DNA of 64,000 bases from an uncultured delta proteobacterium. GTDB lineage: Bacteria > Desulfobacterota > WTBG01 > CAIYCZ01 > CAIRTM01. Every line of letters begins with the position of its first letter. The stretch's first letter is position 1. Below the pieces are notes generated by a model, which saw nothing but the letters and a program-made list of their open reading frames with translations, searched no databases and was not told where the DNA came from. Location of the stretch: contig CAIRTM010000047.1 in assembly GCA_903881505.1 (NCBI GenBank), forward strand, positions 16,248 to 80,247, in the 5' to 3' direction. A program made the translations under genes and the position numbers. This document shows positions 29,710-38,745 of the stretch, one piece after another.

Positions 29710-29892
29710 ATGCCCGAAATCATGACCCCCAAGGAAGTAGCCCAGTACCTGAAAATGTCCGTGCTGACCGTGTACAAACATGCCAAGCAGGGCACTATTC
29801 CGGGATTCCGCGTCGGCAATTCATGGCGCTTTGATAAAAAGAAAATTGATGAGGTTCTGCTGCGATCATCCGGCCTGAACCCCAGGGCCTGA
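29710..29892 (+). CDS. helix-turn-helix DNA-binding protein, excisionase/MerR-like (HTH_17) family
   Basis: MTPKEVAQYLKMSVLTVYKHAKQGTIPGFRVGNSWRF is a classic excisionase-family HTH. Strong AAGGAGAG RBS. An AT-rich promoter-like tract lies at 29500-29600. Confidence 0.55.
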   Translation: MPEIMTPKEVAQYLKMSVLTVYKHAKQGTIPGFRVGNSWRFDKKKIDEVLLRSSGLNPRA

Positions 29893-30017
29893 TACGGCGA
29901 TCCGCTGCAGGGATGCCCGGCATATAAGCCTGGCGGAAAAAAACGCCGCACGCCCGGCGAAGCAGACGTACACCGTTCGCGGACGTTCATTCCGCACAGT
30001 CAGGGAGACCGCCGCCC

Positions 30018-30677
30018 ATGGAAAAGAAAATATCGCCCTCGGTCCTTTCAGCCGATTTTTCACGGCTGGGCGAGGAAATCCGCGCGCTTGAGGCCGCAGG
30101 GGCCGACTATATCCACCTTGACGTCATGGACGGGCAGTTTGTTCCCAACATAACCATCGGTCCGCTGGTGGTCGAGGCTGCCCGCAGGGTCACCACCCTG
30201 CCCCTGGACGTGCACCTGATGATTGAAAATGCCGACCGCTACATCGACGCCTTTGCCGACGCCGGCAGCTCGCTTGTTTCCGTGCACCCCGAGGCCTGCC
30301 CGCATTTGCAGCGCACCCTGCAGGCCATACGCGGCCGGGGAGCGCTGGCCGCGGCTGCGCTCAACCCGGCAACGCCCCTGTGCGTGCTCGATCATGTGCT
30401 GGATGATCTTGACATGATCCTGATCATGACGGTCAATCCGGGATTCGGCGGACAGAAGTTCATTCCCGCCATGCTGGACAAACTGCGCCGCCTGAAGGCC
30501 CTGCTGGCCTCAGCCGGAAAAAATATCCCCGTCGAGGTCGACGGCGGGATCGTCGTGGACAATATCCGCACGGTGAGCGATGCGGGCGCGGACGTGTTCG
30601 TCTCCGGCTCCGGCATTCTGTGCACGCCCGACTACGCAGCGACCATCACCGGAATGCGCAAACGCCTCGCGGCCTGA
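30018..30677 (+). CDS. rpe: ribulose-phosphate 3-epimerase
   Basis: PSVLSADFSRLGEE...HLDVMDGQFVPNITIG...VNPGFGGQKFI are canonical Rpe motifs. Confidence 0.85.
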   Translation: MEKKISPSVLSADFSRLGEEIRALEAAGADYIHLDVMDGQFVPNITIGPLVVEAARRVTTLPLDVHLMIENADRYIDAFADAGSSLVSVHPEACPHLQRTLQAIRGRGALAAAALNPATPLCVLDHVLDDLDMILIMTVNPGFGGQKFIPAMLDKLRRLKALLASAGKNIPVEVDGGIVVDNIRTVSDAGADVFVSGSGILCTPDYAATITGMRKRLAA

Positions 30678-30720
30678 AAATTCAAAACACCCCTACCGTA
30701 TGTTGGCTGCCTTTCCCAAT

Positions 30721-30746
30721 GCCGGGCACACGCCCGGCATTTCTTT
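30721..30746 (+). terminator. rho-independent terminator downstream of rpe
   Basis: gccgggc-acac-gcccggc perfect 7-bp stem followed by atttcttttcc. Confidence 0.5.
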
Positions 30747-30986
30747 TCCGTGCGGTCAACCGGCTGGACAGGCACAACAATGTGCTGTCAGGCTGTTGAG
30801 GAATGTGCCGGGCTGCGGTGCGCGAGTTTGAGGAATACGGCTTCGCACGCCGCATGACAGGTTGCTGGCGGACACGCTTCGCGGGCCCAGCCTTTGCCTT
30901 TTTCAAAAAAAACGGTTCCGATGGCGATACCGCTTTTTCGAATCTTGCGCCGAAAGGCTGCCACAGGGGCTGCCCCGTCTGCTGAC

Positions 30987-31514
30987 CTATTTTACATTAT
31001 CCAAAAATGTGCGAATGGAAAAGCGCAGGTAGGTTCCCAGCAGTATGGTGCGGTTCTGCTGCGGCAGGCGGGCGTACATATTGACCGTGCTGGGAGCGCT
31101 GGCGCCGACCAGCAGGGCCGCGGGCTCGCCCCCAGCGTTCGTCTGCACCTGCAGTGTGAAGGCGGGCGGGCTCAGGCCGTACTGAGAATCGTCTGCGCCC
31201 GGCTCGATCTCATCGATAACAACCGCTCCGGCGATCGCGTTCACAAGGCTCTCGATAATGTCGGGTGCGACCCGGGCTCCGGCGGGTTCAACGACGCTCA
31301 TTTCGCTGCCCGTGCGGGCGAGCCGCACGGTTTTTTCACCGTCGCTGACGAGTACGCCGGTTATGGCGGATGCTTCCATCGGAAAAACACGCGCATACGT
31401 TTCAGCAGGCATGCCAGTCACGGGTTGCTGCTGTTCGGTCCTTTCAAACAGCAGCACATAGACACACAGTCCGCACGCCAGCACGGTCCAGAATGCCAGG
31501 CGCTTCCAGTTCAT
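30987..31514 (-). CDS. DUF4340-like protein (GldG-associated periplasmic protein)
   Basis: N-terminal TM (MNWKRLAFWTVLACGLCVYVLLF). ATGA overlap with the upstream GldG-like gene. Positional partner of GldG-type ABC loci. Confidence 0.45.
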   Translation of the reverse strand: MNWKRLAFWTVLACGLCVYVLLFERTEQQQPVTGMPAETYARVFPMEASAITGVLVSDGEKTVRLARTGSEMSVVEPAGARVAPDIIESLVNAIAGAVVIDEIEPGADDSQYGLSPPAFTLQVQTNAGGEPAALLVGASAPSTVNMYARLPQQNRTILLGTYLRFSIRTFLDNVK

Positions 31515-32893
31515 ACGCGCCGCCTCCGCCACCAGACAACAGCGACGCCGCACAGCAGCACGAGCGCCGGCTGGACTGCAACGCACAGCCAGTAGACAAG
31601 CCGTCCCTGCTGCGCGGTCATGAAATACATCTCGGGCGCCGCCGGCGAAGCCCCCCGTGAGCCCAGCATATCATGCTGTTCGGCGAGCCAGCTGACCATG
31701 TTTAAAAAGAAATCCCTGTTGCCGACAATATTGATGTAGTGATCGGAGGCGAAATTCGAGTTGCCCGCGACAAGCAGGCAGCCGCCGGGCGCATCAGATG
31801 CTGCCGGGGCCGCCTCGACGATCACGGCCACCGGCACCGGGCCGGCCATGTCCTCGGCCGGATCGAAGCGCACGGCGCCGTCGCGCACGCTGTACGCATT
31901 GCGCTCGGCCCAGCTGTCGGGCCCTGAAGAGGCCAGCACCGTATGGGTCATATCCGCCCCCGGTTCAGCGCTCAGTACCGAGCGGCAGTACGGGAAGACG
32001 ACACTCTTATTCATGAAGGCGGCAATCGGGTGGCGATCATCCGGCGAGATGATCGGGGTGAGCATGTCAAATCCCGTCAGGGTGCTGCGCGTATCAATGA
32101 TGTAATCGCGCGGCATGTCAATGGCGAAGCGTTCGCGCAGGAACTGTTCCACGCGCGGCAGCGGGAATGAGTCGATCAGCATAAGAACCCGGCCGCCCCG
32201 GCGGATGTAGCGCTCTATCAGTTCGAGTTCATGGGCGAGATAGTCCTCCTGCGGCCCGGCAATGACCAGAATCAGCGTATCGGCCGGAACTTCGGATGCC
32301 TGCATCAGTGCCAGCGGCTCCACCCGGTAGTTTTCGAGGCCGAGCGCCTGCCGTGCCTGGCTGAAGCATTGTACCGGCTCGGGCGCATCGAAGCTTTTTT
32401 CGCCGTGCCCGGTAACGAAGCGAACGATTTTTTCATTTTTCTCGGTCAGCCGGATCAGGGCCGTCACCAGATTTTCCTCGTTGAAATACTTCACGCGCTC
32501 GCGTCTGCCCCCGTACTCGATGATGGCAGCGCCGTAGTGGGATATGTCAAAGCTGGCCGCGCGCGCCGGGTTCTTGTCCAGATCGATGAACTGGAAGGCA
32601 AGCATGCCGGATGCGCGCCTGAGCAGGTCAATCAGGTCCTGGAACTCCTGCTTCTCATCGCGTTTGTGAAAGATGGTGACCTGCAGGGGCTCGCTCAGGC
32701 CCGCAAGCACGCGCAGGGTCAGGGCAGAGAGCGTAAAGGACTTCTGCGGCGTCAGATCAAAGCGCACCCGGTGCCGGCAGGCGATATAGTTGACGAGCGC
32801 GAGGCTGCCGGTCATAAGGCTCACCAGCAAGAGCAGCTCTATGATGCACATGTATCTGCGTGTGGCGCGCGCGGCTTTCATTTGAGCCCCCAC
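31511..32893 (-). CDS. GldG-like ABC-transporter auxiliary component
   Basis: 460 aa with N- and C-terminal TM anchors and a large periplasmic domain. Adjacent to an ABC-2 permease and ATPase. Confidence 0.55.
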   Translation of the reverse strand: MGAQMKAARATRRYMCIIELLLLVSLMTGSLALVNYIACRHRVRFDLTPQKSFTLSALTLRVLAGLSEPLQVTIFHKRDEKQEFQDLIDLLRRASGMLAFQFIDLDKNPARAASFDISHYGAAIIEYGGRRERVKYFNEENLVTALIRLTEKNEKIVRFVTGHGEKSFDAPEPVQCFSQARQALGLENYRVEPLALMQASEVPADTLILVIAGPQEDYLAHELELIERYIRRGGRVLMLIDSFPLPRVEQFLRERFAIDMPRDYIIDTRSTLTGFDMLTPIISPDDRHPIAAFMNKSVVFPYCRSVLSAEPGADMTHTVLASSGPDSWAERNAYSVRDGAVRFDPAEDMAGPVPVAVIVEAAPAASDAPGGCLLVAGNSNFASDHYINIVGNRDFFLNMVSWLAEQHDMLGSRGASPAAPEMYFMTAQQGRLVYWLCVAVQPALVLLCGVAVVWWRRRRV

Positions 32894-33615
32894 GTGCGCG
32901 TCGCCAGCGAGCAGCGCGTGAGAAAGAGAAAGAAAAACACCAGGCTCAGATAATACACAACGGAATCGGTATCGATCACGCCCTTGATGAAGTTCAGAAA
33001 GTGCTCGGACAGCGATATCTGGTGCAGGACGGCTACGGCCTGCCGGCCCGCAACGCCTTCGTTCCAGTCAAGGTTCCACAGGGTCAGCAGCACGGCAACG
33101 GTGACGATCGAGGCCACGATCTGGTTTTCGGTCAGCGATGAAACAAACGTGCCGCAGGCGATACAGGCCGCGCCCAGCAGCAGCAGCCCGAGATAGCAGG
33201 CCAGCAGCGGGCCCGGCTCGACGCTGAAATACAGGGCGATCAGGGCCGGGTACAGCAGGGTCAGGGCCAGCATCAGCCCGTACACCAGCAAACAGGCGCA
33301 GTATTTGCCCAGGATGATATCAAGATCGCGCACGGGCGCGGTGAACAAAAGCTCGATCGTGCCCATCTTCTTTTCCTCGGCGAAAAGACGCATGGTCAGG
33401 AGCGGAATCAGGGTGAGCGGCGCAAAGCGCAGGTAGTGAAACGTGTACTGCCACAGCCCGACCTTCAGGTCGGCTCCCACGAACGTGAGAAACATCACGA
33501 GATAGGTATAGAAGGAATAGCCGGCCACGATCAAAAACATGGCGATTACCACGTAGGCGATCAGGGATGAAAAGTAGGAGCGCAGCTCTTTTGAGAGGAT
33601 GGTCAGCATAGTCAT
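32878..33615 (-). CDS. ABC-2 type transporter permease (GldF-like)
   Basis: 245 aa, six hydrophobic helices. Starts MTMLTILSKELRSYFSS. Confidence 0.6.
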   Translation of the reverse strand: MTMLTILSKELRSYFSSLIAYVVIAMFLIVAGYSFYTYLVMFLTFVGADLKVGLWQYTFHYLRFAPLTLIPLLTMRLFAEEKKMGTIELLFTAPVRDLDIILGKYCACLLVYGLMLALTLLYPALIALYFSVEPGPLLACYLGLLLLGAACIACGTFVSSLTENQIVASIVTVAVLLTLWNLDWNEGVAGRQAVAVLHQISLSEHFLNFIKGVIDTDSVVYYLSLVFFFLFLTRCSLATRTWGLK

Positions 33616-34565
33616 GCGCGGCCCTCCTGTTCGTCGATGAGCCGGATGAAAATTTCTTCCAGCGTCATGGACGCCGGCCCGAGGCTGCGCAGTGTCCAGC
33701 CCTGTTCACAGACGCAGCGCGCAACATCGTTCGTAACTGCGGCCCCGGGCTCGGTTTCAAGGATACAGGCCGCCGATGAGCCGCTTTGGCCGGGGGCCGG
33801 ATCGACCGCGCGCACACCGTCAACGCGAATCAGAGCCGCGGCAAGGCCGTCGGCCGGAGCGTCGGCCTCGATGTACAGGCGCGGCAGGGCCTGAATGCGC
33901 TGCACCAGATTTGCCGGGGTGTCCACGGCCAGCAGGCGGCCTTCGTACATGATGATGACGCGGTCGCAGGTCATGCTGACTTCGGGCAGTATGTGCGTGC
34001 TCAGGATAACGGTCCGGCTGCCGCCGAGACTTTTGATCAAATCCCTGATCTCGGCAATCTGGCGGGGATCGAGACCGACGGTCGGCTCGTCCAGGATCAG
34101 GACCTCCGGGCTGCCCAGCATGGCCTGGGCGATGCCGACACGCTGGCGAAAGCCCTTGGAGAGCATGCCGATCATGCGGCGCGCATGGCGCTCAAGCCCG
34201 CAGCGCTCCATGACCTCCGCGGCCGCCGCGGCGCGGGCGCGGCGGGGGATGCCCTTGATGCCGGCAAAAAAACCGAGATAATCCGCCACCGTCATGTCGC
34301 GGTACAGGGGCACGCTCTCAGGCAGATAGCCGACCGAGCGGCGCACGGAGAACGGATCCTCGAGGATATCATGGCCGCAGATGCGCGCGCTTCCGCCGGT
34401 GGGCGGAAAAAAGCAGGTCAGGATACGCATGGTCGTGGTCTTGCCGGATCCGTTAGGGCCCAGAAAACCCATGATCTCGCCCCGCTCGATGCTGAAGGAG
34501 ATGTCCTGAATGCCGCGCGCGGAGCCGTATGTTTTTGTAAGGTGTTCAACTTCGATGGCAGGCAT
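33612..34565 (-). CDS. ABC transporter ATP-binding protein (GldA-like)
   Basis: Walker A GPNGSGKTT, signature LSKGFRQRVGIAQA and Walker B LILDEPTVGLD. Start placed at 34565; ORF track extends to 34655. Confidence 0.75.
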   Translation of the reverse strand: MPAIEVEHLTKTYGSARGIQDISFSIERGEIMGFLGPNGSGKTTTMRILTCFFPPTGGSARICGHDILEDPFSVRRSVGYLPESVPLYRDMTVADYLGFFAGIKGIPRRARAAAAAEVMERCGLERHARRMIGMLSKGFRQRVGIAQAMLGSPEVLILDEPTVGLDPRQIAEIRDLIKSLGGSRTVILSTHILPEVSMTCDRVIIMYEGRLLAVDTPANLVQRIQALPRLYIEADAPADGLAAALIRVDGVRAVDPAPGQSGSSAACILETEPGAAVTNDVARCVCEQGWTLRSLGPASMTLEEIFIRLIDEQEGRA

Positions 34566-34835
34566 GGAAAAACCGTGCTGGTATGGTGAACTATTCAACG
34601 CTGGCTGCCCTTGTCGAGGGCACACGCCGTCTTGTACACGCATGGCGGCCTGCAAGCCCGTATCGTAAGGGTAAAATTTGTAGCATGTCTGCAGGGGTAT
34701 GTCAATCCGCGGGAGGCTGCGGCGTGCGTCGCTATCGAAATCGCTATCGGTATCGGCATCGAAAATTTCAAAAATCGATCCCGATAGCGTTTTTTCACGG
34801 GGCCGGATATGAGGGCGGCCGGCCGGTCGCCCCTG

Positions 34836-35531
34836 CTACAGGCCGAAGTGCATGTCAAAGGAGCGCTCGATGCCCCCCTTTTTGCCGAAAAGCACCTGCC
34901 ATATTTTCACGCCGGGATCGTGGTTGACCAGCGTTTTCAGATACTGCTGAAAAACCGCCTGAGTGCTGCGCAATGCATCCCCTGTCTTTATCCCGGCCTG
35001 GTCAACGAGATCGCAGAACAGGTTCAGGTAGTCAAGGTAGATGGCTGTGGCCTGTTCGTCCAGCTCGGGCGGGATAACCACCTGGCAGGCTGCCGGTGAA
35101 AACACATCCTGCACCTGTCCTTTCTGCTTTTTTTCATAGTCCAGCAGGTCAGGGTAGCGGTTGCGGACGGCAAGCATGCGGTAGAACAGGTCATTGTCGT
35201 CATGATGGGTTTTGCCGGTGCGGTGAATGTCGACGATCAGCATTTTTTTCTTTCCGGTGCGCATGACCTCGCCCGCAAACACCGGCAGGTCGTATTCAAC
35301 CCGGGGACGTATGAAATTTGAACAAACGGCAAAGTAGAACGGCAGCTGCGGCCGGATGAACACCACGCGCAACAGGCGCTCCGTGCTGAACACTTCGCCG
35401 TCGATGTTCATCAGGCCGAGCGAGCGCAGCGGCCGCTCGGGGAACGGGTGCTTCAGGGCGACCGGATTGAGCGCGTAGCGTTTGCGCAGTTCGGCCTGGA
35501 CAAGGCCGTGAATGTTCATTAAATCCGCCAT
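34836..35531 (-). CDS. FDBR-like (ferredoxin-dependent bilin reductase-like) hypothetical protein
   Basis: 231 aa. RPRVEYDLPVFAGEVM (compare PcyA FPRPEYDLPMFGCDLVGG) and C-terminal DPGVKIWQVLFG (compare PebA DPAHGLFTSHFG). Paralogous to the C-terminal domain of 27884..28870. Confidence 0.4.
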   Translation of the reverse strand: MADLMNIHGLVQAELRKRYALNPVALKHPFPERPLRSLGLMNIDGEVFSTERLLRVVFIRPQLPFYFAVCSNFIRPRVEYDLPVFAGEVMRTGKKKMLIVDIHRTGKTHHDDNDLFYRMLAVRNRYPDLLDYEKKQKGQVQDVFSPAACQVVIPPELDEQATAIYLDYLNLFCDLVDQAGIKTGDALRSTQAVFQQYLKTLVNHDPGVKIWQVLFGKKGGIERSFDMHFGL

Positions 35532-35566
35532 ACACTATATCCTTTCCTGCACGGGAGTCTGGTTTT

Positions 35567-36352
35567 TCAGGACGCATCCGGCCGCGCAAGGCGCGCGCAT
35601 GCGGCCCGCATGACGGCGAGCGCATCCGGGCACAGTTCCCAGGCGGCCAGGCGCTGCCGGTCGGCCCGCATGAAGTTGTCGTCAAACGGCAGCTGTGCCA
35701 GCACATCAAGCCCGTCTGCATGCGCGGTGATAAAATCCGCATCCGCGGCGGTGCGTATCTTGTTGGCAATCAGGCACACGCGCTCAAGGCGCAGGTCGCG
35801 TGCCAGTGTGCGTATGGCGTGCGCGGTTTCAATGCTGCGCATGCCCGGTTCCACGACAACGATCAGGCAGTGTACGGCCTGTGCGGTCGCGCGGCCCAGG
35901 TGCTCGATGCCGGCTTCCATGTCCATAATCACGGCTTCGTTGCGGTACAGTACCAGGTGCTGCATCATGGCCTTGACAACCGCGCTTGCCGGGCAGATGC
36001 ACCCGCTGCCGCCCTGCTTGACCGTCCCCATTTTCAGCAGGCGGATTCCGCCCTGCTCCCGCCAGAGCTTTTCCGGCAGGTCGGCCACGTGCGGATTGAT
36101 TTTGAAAAACGCGCCGACAGCTCCGGCGGCCGCTCCGGTGCGTTCCTCTATGAGGTCCCGCATTGAGGCCAGGGCAGCAATGCCTTCGTCTTCCGGCATG
36201 CCGATTGCAGCGGCAAGGTTTGCGTCCGGGTCGGCATCAAGGGCGATAACGCGTCGGCCTCTTTCCACAAGCGCTCGGCACAGCAGGGCCGCAACCGTTG
36301 TTTTGCCGACGCCCCCCTTGCCGCTTACGGCGATTTTCAGGGCTGTATCCAT
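35567..36352 (-). CDS. CooC-like P-loop NTPase (MinD/ParA superfamily, metallocentre-maturation type)
   Basis: Deviant Walker A IAVSGKGGVGKTT and a CxC motif GGSGCICPA as in CooC/AcsF nickel-insertion ATPases. Start placed at 36352. Confidence 0.6.
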   Translation of the reverse strand: MDTALKIAVSGKGGVGKTTVAALLCRALVERGRRVIALDADPDANLAAAIGMPEDEGIAALASMRDLIEERTGAAAGAVGAFFKINPHVADLPEKLWREQGGIRLLKMGTVKQGGSGCICPASAVVKAMMQHLVLYRNEAVIMDMEAGIEHLGRATAQAVHCLIVVVEPGMRSIETAHAIRTLARDLRLERVCLIANKIRTAADADFITAHADGLDVLAQLPFDDNFMRADRQRLAAWELCPDALAVMRAACARLARPDAS

Positions 36353-36618
36353 GCCGGGCCTGTTCCTTTTGAGGCGCTGCGCCGCTGTACACCTGGAACT
36401 GATCATTTCAAGGCATTTGATGCATTGTTATTTCTAACACACACGACGCTGAACAGCAAGCCCGCACGCAGGTTTGCCGGCAGCGGCCTTCGCCGGCGCC
36501 CCTGCAAAATATTTTCATGCGGGATCATTAAAAAGATTGCAAAAAACAGCCGGTTGAAATACAGTTCAAAAAAAATCACGACAGCCGGGCATACGGTCAC
36601 CGCTGAATACGGACGCAT

Positions 36619-37530
36619 ATGAAAAAAGACGTCTCCATTCTGATTGTCGACGATGAACAGGACCCGCGGGACACACTGGCGGAACTCCTCGCCGAGGAAG
36701 GCTACGAGGTGCATGGAGTTGATTCCGGTTCCGCAGCTTTGGACATGCTTAAATCGGGCGCATATGACCTTGTGATAACCGATCTGATCATGCCGCGCGT
36801 CGACGGCATTGCCCTTACCAAAAATATCCGGTGCCTGGAAATTGACGTGCCCATCATTGTCGTGACGGGTTTCGCGACCATTGAATACGCGGTCGAATCG
36901 ATGAAGGCGGGGGCATTTGATTTTATCACCAAGCCGTTTAATTTCGATCAGATCAAGCTGACGATCTCAAAAGCGCTTGAAACCAAGCGGCTGCGGCAGC
37001 TTGCCAGCGAGAGCGAGTTTTACCGCCAGCTTTCCCACAGCGACGAGCTGACGCAGCTTGCGAATTACCGGGGCTTTTATGAAACGTTCCAGCGCGAAAT
37101 CGAGCGCGCGCTGCGCTACAGCCATCCCCTTGCCCTGCTGATGATCGACATTGACGACTTTAAAAAATGCAATGACACCTACGGCCATCTGGCGGGCGAC
37201 TCGGTGCTGAAGCAGATTGCCGATCTTATAAAAAAGAACACCCGCGGGTCTGACTTCGTTGCCCGCTACGGCGGCGAGGAGTTTTTCGCTGTTCTGCCCG
37301 AAACGGAAGAACCCGAGGCACTGGCGGTCGCCGAGCGTATCCGCTCAGAAATCGAGCACCATGTGTTTGTCGATGAAAACCAGAACGAAATCGCGCATCT
37401 GAGCGTCACGATCGGTATTTCCTCCCTGCCGCTGCGGGCCACGAACAAGCGCGACCTGATCCGCACGGCTGATTTCGCCCTGTACCGGGGCAAGGCTGCC
37501 GGCAAGAACCGCGTTGTGCTGTTCGGGTAG
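36619..37530 (+). CDS. response regulator receiver-GGDEF diguanylate cyclase
   Basis: Receiver domain (ILIVDDEQD...DLIMPRVDG) followed by GGDEF with RYGGEEF active-site motif. Confidence 0.8.
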   Translation: MKKDVSILIVDDEQDPRDTLAELLAEEGYEVHGVDSGSAALDMLKSGAYDLVITDLIMPRVDGIALTKNIRCLEIDVPIIVVTGFATIEYAVESMKAGAFDFITKPFNFDQIKLTISKALETKRLRQLASESEFYRQLSHSDELTQLANYRGFYETFQREIERALRYSHPLALLMIDIDDFKKCNDTYGHLAGDSVLKQIADLIKKNTRGSDFVARYGGEEFFAVLPETEEPEALAVAERIRSEIEHHVFVDENQNEIAHLSVTIGISSLPLRATNKRDLIRTADFALYRGKAAGKNRVVLFG

Positions 37531-37577
37531 CCCCGCCGCCCGGCTTCTTGTAAACAGCCCGCGTCTTCCGGCACTGT

Positions 37578-38702
37578 TTACGCCCCTGTTAACGCAGCGC
37601 CTTTCGCATTAATCGTCTCCAGCAGATCAAGGTAGGACTTTTCAAACGCGGCCACCCCCTCGGCAAGAAGCCCGTCATAGACCTGCTGCAGATTGACGCC
37701 CAGCGCTGCCATGGCGCCCAGCCTCTGCGGGGCTTCGTCAAGGCCGCTCTGTATGCTGCCCGTTTGGCCATGGTCCTTGAAGGCGGCAATCGTCTGGGGC
37801 GGCAGGGTGTTAATGGTGCCTGGGGCGATCAGGCCTTCGACATACTTGACGTCGCTGTAGGCGGGATCTTTGGTCCCGGTGCTCGCCCACAGCAGGCGCT
37901 GCGGCCGCGCTCCGGCGGCGGAGAGCTTTTTAAAACGGCCGGACTCAAAAAGCTCCCGGTAAATTGCGTACGTAACCCGGGCGATGCTCTCGGCCGCTCG
38001 TCCGCGCAGGGACCGGGCCTTCAGCGCCTGCTCGCCGCCGCGGCTGATGAGATCGTCGAGCCGGCGGTCGACCTGCGTATCAAGGCGGCTGATAAAAAAG
38101 CTTGCCACCGAGTGCACATCCCCGATGGACTGCGAGCGCCCGATCCGGCTTTCCAGTGCAGCGATATAGGCCTGGGCTACGCGGCGGTAGCATTCCGGGT
38201 CAAACAGCAGGGTTATGTTGACATTGATGCCCTGTTCAAGCAGGCTGTGCGCAACGCGGATGCCCTCGGCCGTGCCGGGTACCTTGACCATGATATTGGG
38301 CATGGCGATCAGGTTCATCAGATGCCGGGCCTCATCAATGCTTTCGGCGACCCGGAAGGCGTTGCGCGGATTGAGTTCGATGGACACGAACCCGTCGGCG
38401 TGGCCGCCGGCTTCAAATACCGGCAGCATCAGCGCCGCGGCCTGCCGGATGTCGTCCACGGTAATAGCTTCGTAGATTTCGGCTGTGCTTTTGCCCCGGC
38501 TGCGCAGCCGGCTGATCTGGGCGTCGTAGTCGCTGCTTTTTGAAACCGCGTTCATGAAAATGGTGGGATTTGACGTGATGCCGCTGATGCCGTCTTCGTC
38601 GATCATGCGCTGCAGGGTGCCGTCTGCAAGTTCCCGGCGCTGAATATTGTCAAGCCACAGGCTCTGGCCTGCCTGCGTAATGAGAGCGGTTCTGGATGCC
38701 AT
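37578..38702 (-). CDS. tal: transaldolase (long, type-2 form)
   Basis: 374 aa. SLWLDNIQR... and the TSNPTIF motif. Confidence 0.8.
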   Translation of the reverse strand: MASRTALITQAGQSLWLDNIQRRELADGTLQRMIDEDGISGITSNPTIFMNAVSKSSDYDAQISRLRSRGKSTAEIYEAITVDDIRQAAALMLPVFEAGGHADGFVSIELNPRNAFRVAESIDEARHLMNLIAMPNIMVKVPGTAEGIRVAHSLLEQGINVNITLLFDPECYRRVAQAYIAALESRIGRSQSIGDVHSVASFFISRLDTQVDRRLDDLISRGGEQALKARSLRGRAAESIARVTYAIYRELFESGRFKKLSAAGARPQRLLWASTGTKDPAYSDVKYVEGLIAPGTINTLPPQTIAAFKDHGQTGSIQSGLDEAPQRLGAMAALGVNLQQVYDGLLAEGVAAFEKSYLDLLETINAKGAALTGA

Positions 38703-38745
38703 AACAAAATCCTTTCACAAAAAAGCGTTGAAATGGTTGGCCGGT

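Noticed and set aside
30682-30906. 74-aa minus-strand ORF in the rpe-DUF4340 spacer
   Set aside because: Arg/Lys-rich random-looking sequence that overlaps the predicted rpe terminator and has no RBS.
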